Shown piece by piece: positions 56,549 through 64,000 of a stretch of 64,000 nucleotides of DNA. The translations under genes were made by a program, and so were the position numbers. A model generated the notes under the pieces. The model had not been told where the DNA came from. It did not search any database and saw nothing but the letters and a program-made list of their open reading frames with translations. Numbering within the stretch: the first letter of the stretch is position 1; each line of letters starts with the position of its first letter. The DNA is from a virus, in the IMG/VR virus record IMGVR_UViG_3300025133_005699, positions 32,001 to 96,000 of that record; one strand, 5' to 3'.

Positions 56549-58126
56549 TTACTCCTTAATTTCCATGATTTTACTAAGTAGATCAATACCTAGTATATCA
56601 AATTTAACATGTCCTTGATCTTCTAAATCGCCCATTTCAAAACCGGCAATGAGATTTTTACTTTTATCTTTAACCATAGGACAAACTTGGTTTAGTTTAT
56701 TTGCTGATATAATAACTCCAGCAGCATGTTTCCCTTGAGATTTTATCGTACCCTCAATGTCGATTGCTTGCTGAAAAATTGCTGCGAATGGGCCAATCAA
56801 ATCGTTATCACTGTTTAGCTTGCACCACCTGTCTAGAACTTCTGGTTGATAAGCAAGTGTCCACCGAATTAGCGAGCCCTCACCGCTCTCCTCTAAAAGG
56901 TCTGAAACGTCAGCCTCGTTAGGTATGTTTTTAGTCACGTCGTTCATCTCTCCAAAAGAAACTGCGCTATTAATACGCATGATTTCCTTAAGGGCTGCTC
57001 GACCCTGTAGCTTATTAAATGTCAACATCTGGGAGACATTATCTTCGCCGTATTTAGATTTAATATATCCAATAACTTCATCTCGCTTTTCGGCAGGAAC
57101 ATCTAGGTCAATATCCGGAAGAGATACATGACCCTCGGTATTACGGCCAGCATTGTAAAATCTCTCAAAGATTAAGTCGTACTTAATAGGGTCAATTTCT
57201 GTAATACCAATAAGATATGAAATCAAACATCCGGCAGCCGACCCTCTTCCCGGGCCCGGCAACCACCCCTCAGACCTAACATAATTAACAATATCTTGAA
57301 CAATAAGAAAGTACCCAGAAAGACTAGCATCAAAAATTACACTCATCTCGTTTTTAATTCTTTTTAGGTATTCCTCTTTCTTGTCTTCGCTCTTAACAAT
57401 GCCAGTATCCTCTAAGAGCTTCTTCCAGCCCTCTCTACAAAGCTGCTTTAAGTATTCGTCTTCGGTGTACCCTTCTGGGCAATCGAACGCAGGAAGCATT
57501 GGGCTGCCAAGAATGTCATACTCCTCACACTGGTCGGCAATCTCTAGACTGAGCTTTATTTGCTCTGCGCTGTAAATATTTTCAACTTCGCTTGGACTCA
57601 GTAGATAATGACCGTCGCTCTTAAAAAAGGGCTTTAAGTGTTTAAACGAATCAGAAACGATTTTATCTTTAGCTTTTTTCATGCTGGTTTTCATACCCGA
57701 GCATAAAAGTATTCTGTGTAGCTCTGCGTCTTTAGTCTCGACGTAATATGCTGGTTTTTGTTTTAGGTCATCAATACATATAAGGTTTTCGTTTAGAGAG
57801 ACCTTTAGCAGTTTCTTCATTACATCATCAGAGTATGTGCTCTTCTTAGAAACAATATCAATGAGCGCGTACCAGCCGTCTTTGTTCTTTGCTATATATG
57901 TCTTGCTCTTGTGGTTTTCAAACTCAACAGTGCACCCCATAATAGGTTTAATGTCATGCTTTTTACACTCTTTGTAAAAATTGACAGCTCCAGATATAGT
58001 ATTAATATCTGTAATAGCACAGGCCGGATAGCCGTACTCTTTACACTTAGCCACTAACCCATCAGGTTTCGAGAAACCTCTCTGTAGGCTAAAGTGCGTC
58101 TTGTTATTTAGTGGAACCCAAGTCAT
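56549..58126 (-). CDS. dnaE: DNA polymerase III alpha, N-terminal half (degenerate PHP, palm, thumb)
   Basis: AITD, YFLIVQD, GPGRGSAAG, LIFERF, PDIDLD, GKHAAGV, KFDILG. Confidence 0.93.
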   Translation of the reverse strand: MTWVPLNNKTHFSLQRGFSKPDGLVAKCKEYGYPACAITDINTISGAVNFYKECKKHDIKPIMGCTVEFENHKSKTYIAKNKDGWYALIDIVSKKSTYSDDVMKKLLKVSLNENLICIDDLKQKPAYYVETKDAELHRILLCSGMKTSMKKAKDKIVSDSFKHLKPFFKSDGHYLLSPSEVENIYSAEQIKLSLEIADQCEEYDILGSPMLPAFDCPEGYTEDEYLKQLCREGWKKLLEDTGIVKSEDKKEEYLKRIKNEMSVIFDASLSGYFLIVQDIVNYVRSEGWLPGPGRGSAAGCLISYLIGITEIDPIKYDLIFERFYNAGRNTEGHVSLPDIDLDVPAEKRDEVIGYIKSKYGEDNVSQMLTFNKLQGRAALKEIMRINSAVSFGEMNDVTKNIPNEADVSDLLEESGEGSLIRWTLAYQPEVLDRWCKLNSDNDLIGPFAAIFQQAIDIEGTIKSQGKHAAGVIISANKLNQVCPMVKDKSKNLIAGFEMGDLEDQGHVKFDILGIDLLSKIMEIKE

Positions 58127-58613
58127 AATTCGTAAATTCTTTCAATTCTGATATAGCAACGTTATGGCAATCTGCCCGAACAACGAACCCGTTAGATGGG
58201 TCAACCTGTCCTTTGGTTAGCTTCCGAGCCCTTTTGAAATATTCATCATGCTCAAGCCACCCAAGAACCCACGCTCTTCCCCATCTCTTATTTTTATTTT
58301 CTATTCTAACAAATACATACCTATCGCACTTTTGCTCGGTATTAAAGTTTGCAACAGAGCAATCATAATATGGTTTTGGCGGAGATGTACATCTTTTGGT
58401 TTTGACATCATATTTAATTCCACTTTTTGAAACCACGTCGTAGTCGTATGTATTACTTATTGTACCATCAATAACTACATTTGCAACCTCTTCTCCTAAA
58501 AAACCTGCAATATTTCCGTCACCCTTCATTATAGAGTTACGTATTACGCCCATTTCACGGGATTTAGCCCAAGCCTGCTTCTTCATTTTTTCTGTAATTT
58601 TTATCTCAATCAT
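58104..58613 (-). CDS. PD-(D/E)XK restriction-fold nuclease-like protein
   Basis: GFLGEEVA...YDYDVV...YDVKTK...DRYVFV. Confidence 0.6.
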   Translation of the reverse strand: MIEIKITEKMKKQAWAKSREMGVIRNSIMKGDGNIAGFLGEEVANVVIDGTISNTYDYDVVSKSGIKYDVKTKRCTSPPKPYYDCSVANFNTEQKCDRYVFVRIENKNKRWGRAWVLGWLEHDEYFKRARKLTKGQVDPSNGFVVRADCHNVAISELKEFTNYDLGSTK

Positions 58614-59623
58614 CCCGGCGCCTCATAGTGTCCAATACTGAAACCTTCTTTAGTGCAATTTTGAACGGTGTCCATCATGCCAAACTGCTCTAAATTGTTA
58701 CTTACATGCCTGCATATATTATCATTGGTTCCGGGCCAATCGTTTTTACAGAAATCGCAAAGCTTTGTACATTTCCAGTGCGCCTGTCTTCTAGATAGCA
58801 TTTTTGGGTTAGTCGTTTTCTTGATTTCCTCAAATCTATCCTTCAGCATACCCAAGAACTTCTCTTTGTCTGAATCTTCAAAGCAAATACTAAATGGCCC
58901 ACCGTCGCGTATATAAAATATCGACATGATGGCATCCTTGTATTCAGGAAACTTTTTAGAAATAGCATAATAATAAAGCATTAACTGAGGGTCTTCGCAT
59001 AGCTTTTCATATGTCTTCTCTTCTCCTGTGGCCCAGTTTAGCCTTCTTCCTGTTTTCCAGTCAATGACCTCAATGACACCATCATCAAGTTCCGTCACTA
59101 GGTCGATAGTACCCTTAATAGCTAGCTGACCCTCTAGAGTTTCCCCATCTTCTGTTTCATATGAAAATTTTGCCCAGTCTTCCTCAATCGCGATATCGAA
59201 GTGAGGCTCTGATGCGATAATATTTCTATTTCGAGGATCGAAATTTCCGTCATCATATAGTAGGCCCTCCCAAGTTGTGTCTTCACAGAACTTATAGTCG
59301 GCATTTGTGTAGTGATGACTACAGTTCTCTGTGTAGTATTCATAACTTCTCTTGATAATCTCGTTCACAAACTTTTTTGTATTGAGTTTTCTTTTAGTGA
59401 ACTCTATCTTTCCTAGACCATCATCATTTAATACCATCTCACTCTTGTCCTGCAAGATCTTTTTACACCCACCTAGCACCTCCATGACCTTGTGGACGAT
59501 TGTTCCAAGCTGGGCTTTTTTACCAGAGACACTTTGATGACCTAAGACATAGGTTATAAAGTATTGCATCTGACAGTATTCAAAATTATTATAACTAGAA
59601 CTACGTATATACGTTACTAACAT
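58610..59623 (-). CDS. RecB/Cas4-like PD-(D/E)XK exonuclease, probably Fe-S binding
   Basis: SSYNNFEYCQ, GTIVH, KGTIDLV, IDWKTG, QLMLY, C-terminal CTKLCDFC...C. Likely start MLVTY at 59623. Confidence 0.85.
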   Translation of the reverse strand: MLVTYIRSSSYNNFEYCQMQYFITYVLGHQSVSGKKAQLGTIVHKVMEVLGGCKKILQDKSEMVLNDDGLGKIEFTKRKLNTKKFVNEIIKRSYEYYTENCSHHYTNADYKFCEDTTWEGLLYDDGNFDPRNRNIIASEPHFDIAIEEDWAKFSYETEDGETLEGQLAIKGTIDLVTELDDGVIEVIDWKTGRRLNWATGEEKTYEKLCEDPQLMLYYYAISKKFPEYKDAIMSIFYIRDGGPFSICFEDSDKEKFLGMLKDRFEEIKKTTNPKMLSRRQAHWKCTKLCDFCKNDWPGTNDNICRHVSNNLEQFGMMDTVQNCTKEGFSIGHYEAPG

Positions 59624-59624
59624 A

Positions 59625-60452
59625 TTATTCCTTAATCTTTTGGATGCCACCTAGAAGATTTGGGTCTTCTGTAGGGGGTGCAGGACTGGGTTCCTCGATA
59701 ACGCTACCGAGCCATCCCCATTCTTCAAGTAGAGATATTACCTTCACATTCGTTTCCATTAAAGATAACTCCTTGTTGTCAATAATGGCGTCGTATTCAA
59801 TGTCATCAACAGAGGACTCGCTAGAATGACTGTCGCCATCTATACCGCGAGTTAATTTAATAACCTTGCCTCCAGCTTTTTGTATTGCTTTTGATTCGTT
59901 TGGGAATCTACAGTCAGAGATTACAGCCATTAAAGAACCCTCTTCTCTAATACTTCTCATGGTTCTGTCTGTCCAAATGTCTGTGTAGATATACCGACAA
60001 ATATCTGTACCAAAGACCTGTAAAAATTCTCTGGCTGTCATTCTGCCGGTTTCGCTTCCGGTGTAGCCCGGCATGTCTTCCCACTTAATCCATGTGGGGC
60101 TATTTTTATCTGCATCTGTCCCGTAGCACTGTTTCTTTGTCAGTCCAAATAATCCACATGCAATCTCCTTAAGAGAAGAAGCAAACGAATAATGTTTTAC
60201 AAATGGCCACATGTTGTGTGCGGCCCAAGGTGCAAATTCTGGGTCAGTTCTAGTTACGTCCAAAACGCCTTTACCTGTTTCTTCTACCCCAGAGCCGTCA
60301 GTATCAACGGTATCGACAACAATCCTTCCCTTAGTGTCTAGATCAAAACCCTTAATAATGTGATAAGACCGCATTTGATATCCGTGTAGAAAGGCACAGC
60401 ACGAATTTTTACCTGATTGCTTTTTTCCCGCAAAAGCCAAGATTCTTGTCAT
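59625..60452 (-). CDS. Deoxynucleoside monophosphate kinase (phage dNMP kinase)
   Basis: FAGKKQSGK, SFASSLK, REFLQVFGTD, ISDCRFPNE, HSSE. Confidence 0.85.
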   Translation of the reverse strand: MTRILAFAGKKQSGKNSCCAFLHGYQMRSYHIIKGFDLDTKGRIVVDTVDTDGSGVEETGKGVLDVTRTDPEFAPWAAHNMWPFVKHYSFASSLKEIACGLFGLTKKQCYGTDADKNSPTWIKWEDMPGYTGSETGRMTAREFLQVFGTDICRYIYTDIWTDRTMRSIREEGSLMAVISDCRFPNESKAIQKAGGKVIKLTRGIDGDSHSSESSVDDIEYDAIIDNKELSLMETNVKVISLLEEWGWLGSVIEEPSPAPPTEDPNLLGGIQKIKE

Positions 60453-61498
60453 TATAAAACTCCTTGTAGTTCTTCTAGTATTTCAGTTTTAATTTGTTCT
60501 ACCGACATATCACCAACGTCTTTTTCTGATATATTGGGCCTATAGTAGTTGAAGCGTCTTCCGCATTTTTTCATAATTTGCTCTGCTGCTCTATGTCCAG
60601 CATCATCGTAATCTGTAAGTATAACTAAGCTAAGGGCACCGCTTTGTTCTAATAAAACCAGTTGATCATCACTGAGGCTAGCCCCAAAAATACCAACTGT
60701 ATTTTCTACACCTGCTTCGTGCATACGCCAAACGTCGCCTTGACCCTCAACCAAAACTGCCGTAGCTGTTTCAAGTATTTTTTCTTTTGCCATGTTTAGG
60801 CCATACAGATATGAGCTTTTTCTAAACCCCTTGCTGTGCAGCCATTTAGGCTGCATGTTCTCGTAACATGACCTACCTATGCATCCAATATAATTATAGC
60901 CTTCATCATAGATTGGGACAACAACTCTTCCTGACATTGGCTTATTTTTTTTGTCACAGAGGCCAATATCAAATTTAGTTAATATATCAGTAGTGTACCC
61001 TCTGTTAATATAGTATTCAGCTGGTATTTGTATTGTGTCTAAAATAACTTCCCTATCTACTTTTGGGGGCTCTCTTTCTGGCTCCCTGTTGAAGATGTCC
61101 AAAAGCTTAATAGCATTATTGCTCTCTACGTCTTGTAATAGGTCGAGTTCAGAGATGTCAAGATCTAAGAACTCTAAGCAAAAATTAATTGTATCAATAA
61201 TACTAACCGTTGAGGCTCGCCTGTTGGACAGCACACCCCTAATGAAACCAAACAGGTTCCTAGAAAAGTCTTCTTCACAGTGGTTAGTCCAGCAGTTCCA
61301 GTTACCCTTGGCGGTATTTCCGTCCGTGAATATAGTACAAGCCTCTGCGTTGTCTCCCCCATGAATAGGGCACGCAAAAGCAAACCTATTAGGATACTCT
61401 ATGTAGTCTATATTGAAATACTTTAGAAGCTGTGACAGCTTAGTGAATAACTGGTTAGACAGTTTCAATATCTGCTGGTTGTTGATCTCCTGATTCAA
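60452..61498 (-). CDS. dnaG: DNA primase (Zn finger + Toprim)
   Basis: CPIH...CWTNHC, GRVVVPI, LVEGQGDV, TDYDDAG. Start uncertain (TTG). Confidence 0.9.
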   Translation of the reverse strand: MNQEINNQQILKLSNQLFTKLSQLLKYFNIDYIEYPNRFAFACPIHGGDNAEACTIFTDGNTAKGNWNCWTNHCEEDFSRNLFGFIRGVLSNRRASTVSIIDTINFCLEFLDLDISELDLLQDVESNNAIKLLDIFNREPEREPPKVDREVILDTIQIPAEYYINRGYTTDILTKFDIGLCDKKNKPMSGRVVVPIYDEGYNYIGCIGRSCYENMQPKWLHSKGFRKSSYLYGLNMAKEKILETATAVLVEGQGDVWRMHEAGVENTVGIFGASLSDDQLVLLEQSGALSLVILTDYDDAGHRAAEQIMKKCGRRFNYYRPNISEKDVGDMSVEQIKTEILEELQGVL

Positions 61499-62930
61499 AA
61501 CCTGTATCCTTAATAGTTGACTTAGTTCTCAATTCATTGCGAGTTTGACCCTCTACTAATTTGCCAAACTTCCCAAACATATTCATATTTATATAGTCGC
61601 CATCATCTAATCCTGCTCCGTGACGAGCAACAATAGGTACCAGCTTCCTGTTTCCATTTTCGTCTGTGTCGTCGGCTATCTCCTCGTCGGACTTTAGCTT
61701 GAAGATGCTAAAGCTCGTACAGAGCCAAATAAGCCTATCGGAACCTGAAACGACATCTGTTGATTCTTTTGTTATGCCGTCTCTGTTTAATTGTACAAAG
61801 CTAAGGCATGGCACGTCGTACTTAACGCAGAAGTTATGCAGCTGTGTGATTTGAAACCCTAGAACTTGAAATTCTTGCATAGAGTTTGATATACTAGATG
61901 AGTTCATTAGCTTAAGATAGTCATAAACAATTAGGCAGTCTTTGGTTCTTCCGTTTTCATCAAACCCAACTTCCTGATAAATCCATTTGCGCATAATACT
62001 AAGAATGTTCTCAAACGGCTGACCCGCAATACTAACATAATGAAAAGGTATTTCTCCCAATTCGGTAGCTGCGTTTTCTACCTTTTCGGTATTTAGTTGG
62101 TTACTGTCGAACTTGCCGCTAGCAATAGTGTTGATTTCAACTCCACTCAGGTTCGCTAGCATTCGATTGAGATGGTCTTCTTTGGACATTTCGGTATCTA
62201 GAACTAATACTGGGATTCCTAAGTTTTTAGAAACATGCATAGCAACAGCGTCACCAAACATAGATTTACCAACCTTAGGTCTAGCGGCAACTAAGTCTAC
62301 ACACTTTCTTCTTAGCCCTCCGCCGATAGCTTCGTCATAAGCAGGGAACCCTGTGCTTATGCCAATCATGTCGTTTTTGTTTTCTTTTAGAAACTCTATA
62401 TAGTCTGTTATTTCCCCGCCGATTACCTCAGGCTTATTGTCGGAACCTTGATATATTTTAGACGTTGCGTCAAGAACAGGAGTTTCTATGAGAGAGATGA
62501 TATCATTTATATCCTCGTCTCCTGTGACCTCATCAATTTTATTAGAACAAATAGCCAGTGTCTTCTTGACTTCTCTTGCTATTCCTAGCTTCGCCAGCTT
62601 ACCTGCGTGTATTGAAACATTTTCTTCGTGTATTGGAAAGTTAAACAGAGAACGTAAAAAACCAATCTCCTCTTGGTTGTTTATATTTTCATAACACCCA
62701 AGCTGATTGGCAGCAGAAAGCAAGGAAGATAATTCTACCTTGTTGGATTTCTCTAAGACCTTTTTAATGCACCCAAAAATAATTTGGTTGGTGGGGTCTG
62801 TGAAGTGTTCGGACTCCAGATAGTCTGAATCAAGCGAAACGCTTAGTCCATATTGACACAATCCGGAGAGAACCGCCCTCTCTGCTGCTAGGTCTTCTAG
62901 CTTCCGCTTGTTTTTTTGATTTCGTACCAT
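61455..62930 (-). CDS. dnaB: Replicative DNA helicase
   Basis: AERAVL, ISTGF, AARPKVGKS, TEM, VYDYLKLM, QLNR, ARHG. Confidence 0.93.
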   Translation of the reverse strand: MVRNQKNKRKLEDLAAERAVLSGLCQYGLSVSLDSDYLESEHFTDPTNQIIFGCIKKVLEKSNKVELSSLLSAANQLGCYENINNQEEIGFLRSLFNFPIHEENVSIHAGKLAKLGIAREVKKTLAICSNKIDEVTGDEDINDIISLIETPVLDATSKIYQGSDNKPEVIGGEITDYIEFLKENKNDMIGISTGFPAYDEAIGGGLRRKCVDLVAARPKVGKSMFGDAVAMHVSKNLGIPVLVLDTEMSKEDHLNRMLANLSGVEINTIASGKFDSNQLNTEKVENAATELGEIPFHYVSIAGQPFENILSIMRKWIYQEVGFDENGRTKDCLIVYDYLKLMNSSSISNSMQEFQVLGFQITQLHNFCVKYDVPCLSFVQLNRDGITKESTDVVSGSDRLIWLCTSFSIFKLKSDEEIADDTDENGNRKLVPIVARHGAGLDDGDYINMNMFGKFGKLVEGQTRNELRTKSTIKDTGFESGDQQPADIETV

Positions 62931-63058
62931 AAGAGTCCACTATTGGCTAACGCATAAGAAAACCACATTAGGGCATGCGGGTAATCTTTTTGCTTGACGC
63001 ATGAAGCGCAAGTTAATAAATAAAGTAATATCGTAATCCCTACGGCGGTAATGGCCAT
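62897..63058 (-). CDS. Small two-TM membrane protein (53 aa, not in ORF track)
   Basis: MAITAVGITILLYLLTCASCVKQKDYPHALMWFSYALANSGLLWYEIKKTSGS*; fills the gap upstream of dnaB. Confidence 0.6.
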   Translation of the reverse strand: MAITAVGITILLYLLTCASCVKQKDYPHALMWFSYALANSGLLWYEIKKTSGS

Positions 63059-63062
63059 TCTA

Positions 63063-63158
63063 TTATATCCCGTGATAAATGTAGATCCCCATACATATGC
63101 TAATTCCTAGCAATAATCCCAATAAAAAATCCTTAATTTCAACATTTAATTTCTTCAT
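63063..63158 (-). CDS. Small single-TM peptide (31 aa, not in ORF track)
   Basis: MKKLNVEIKDFLLGLLLGISICMGIYIYHGI*; ATGA-coupled to the upstream gene, AAGGAG RBS. Confidence 0.55.
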   Translation of the reverse strand: MKKLNVEIKDFLLGLLLGISICMGIYIYHGI

Positions 63159-63421
63159 TCTTCAGTCTCCTTTTTGTGTTTCTGGTATAAAAAATTATCA
63201 TTAAAATACTCATTAGACAAAAGTTCAATAAGTTTATCCCTTAGGTCTTTATCTTCTACAAAAGATAGAACCTTAGATGCTATGTCTAAAGCGCCCTGCC
63301 TAAACACAGGAATCTTGAGTGGTGGTTCAGGTCGGCGCTTAGTATAGTCTCTATGGTAAAAGGTTGGCGGCGGAACATGTCGGCCATTTATATCGGACGT
63401 TTTGGGTTTTGGTTTTGACAA
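63155..63421 (-). CDS. Hypothetical protein
   Basis: 88 aa, TTG start after AGGGG, fills the operon gap. Confidence 0.5.
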   Translation of the reverse strand: MSKPKPKTSDINGRHVPPPTFYHRDYTKRRPEPPLKIPVFRQGALDIASKVLSFVEDKDLRDKLIELLSNEYFNDNFLYQKHKKETEE

Positions 63422-63430
63422 TATATACCC

Positions 63431-63706
63431 CTAAAAGAATCCCTTGATTATTTCTAGAACTCCGCCACCTCCGCCAAAACCACCCTTTGAAATCACAAAA
63501 TAGGCCACAAGACCCAAGCCAATCATAAACACTAACCACTTACGCTTTTTTGCGACGGCAGTAGCTTTGGCTGTGAGCGCTTTGATTTTGTCCAGCTTAT
63601 ACCCCCTTCTGGAATCAACCTTTTCTTCACGTTCATCTTTTCTATCTTCTTTTTTATCTTCGCGAGTATTGCTATTATCCTCGCCTCGATTTCTACCAAT
63701 CGGCAT
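63431..63706 (-). CDS. Small membrane protein with charged N-terminus and one TM helix
   Basis: 91 aa, AGGAGG RBS, KKRKWLVFMIGLGLVAYFVI. Confidence 0.65.
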   Translation of the reverse strand: MPIGRNRGEDNSNTREDKKEDRKDEREEKVDSRRGYKLDKIKALTAKATAVAKKRKWLVFMIGLGLVAYFVISKGGFGGGGGVLEIIKGFF

Positions 63707-63727
63707 AATACTGCCTCCTATTTAAAA

Positions 63728-64000
63728 TTATCTTCTTTTGTTTGATAAGCACTCATCACAGACAAAGAAATCTCTCCTGTGAACATCTGCTACTTCTATA
63801 GTTTTTTTACACTCAACGCATTTCTGTTTGATTTTTTGGGTTTTGTCTCTTCTTGGCGAAGGGGTAAAGGCGGGAGTCTCAATGTCCATATGTTCTGACT
63901 TGTCGTCAGTAAAAAGGTTATCTCCACGATCAACCTTATTAATTGGCATTGGGCCTTCCTTTGCTTGTCGGCCAATCATTGAGAAGTCATCAGCACCAAC
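63728..64000 (-). CDS. Hypothetical Zn-finger protein, probably starting beyond the window
   Basis: CVEC...CDEC at the C-terminus. The frame stays open from 63979 to the window edge. Confidence 0.55.
   Translation of the reverse strand, partial: VGADDFSMIGRQAKEGPMPINKVDRGDNLFTDDKSEHMDIETPAFTPSPRRDKTQKIKQKCVECKKTIEVADVHRRDFFVCDECLSNKRR

Noticed and set aside
55649-56549. Split intein or intron explaining the dnaE break
   Set aside because: No intein terminal motifs, and the gap is fully occupied by two coupled ORFs with no room for an obvious structured intron.
58610-59623. Cas4 as evidence of a CRISPR-Cas system
   Set aside because: Solo Cas4/RecB-like nucleases are common in phage replication modules; no array or other cas genes are present.

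Overview
This 64 kb window looks like part of a large (probably jumbo) tailed dsDNA phage genome with two convergent arms that meet at back-to-back intrinsic terminators (~34.77-34.84 kb). The + arm (1-34.7 kb) is a tail morphogenesis module. It holds the end of a probable tail tube gene, two paralogous chaperone-like genes, a 3555-aa tape measure protein (TMP) with five copies of a DTVPAML(T/E)PGEFVM module, a 3087-aa tail protein, hub/tip-like proteins and a candidate -1 frameshift fusion. The - arm (64-34.9 kb) carries small membrane proteins, DnaB, DnaG, a dNMP kinase, two PD-(D/E)XK nucleases, an intein-free split DnaE with a DEDDh exonuclease between its halves, SSB and a sigma-70-like factor. 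These are followed by a ~16.5 kb, 17-gene island of apparently soluble glycosyltransferases and sugar enzymes, including a ColD-type dehydratase and a ColC/Fcl-type reductase (GDP-colitose-like pathway). The arm ends with a homing-type endonuclease and recombination-like genes. The strongest candidates for undescribed biology are the modular cargo-like TMP, the glycosylation island, the split DnaE and the A_AAA_AAG junction. All calls come from motifs and gene context read by eye; no searches were run. No tRNA, rRNA, CRISPR array, reverse transcriptase or integrase was recognised.
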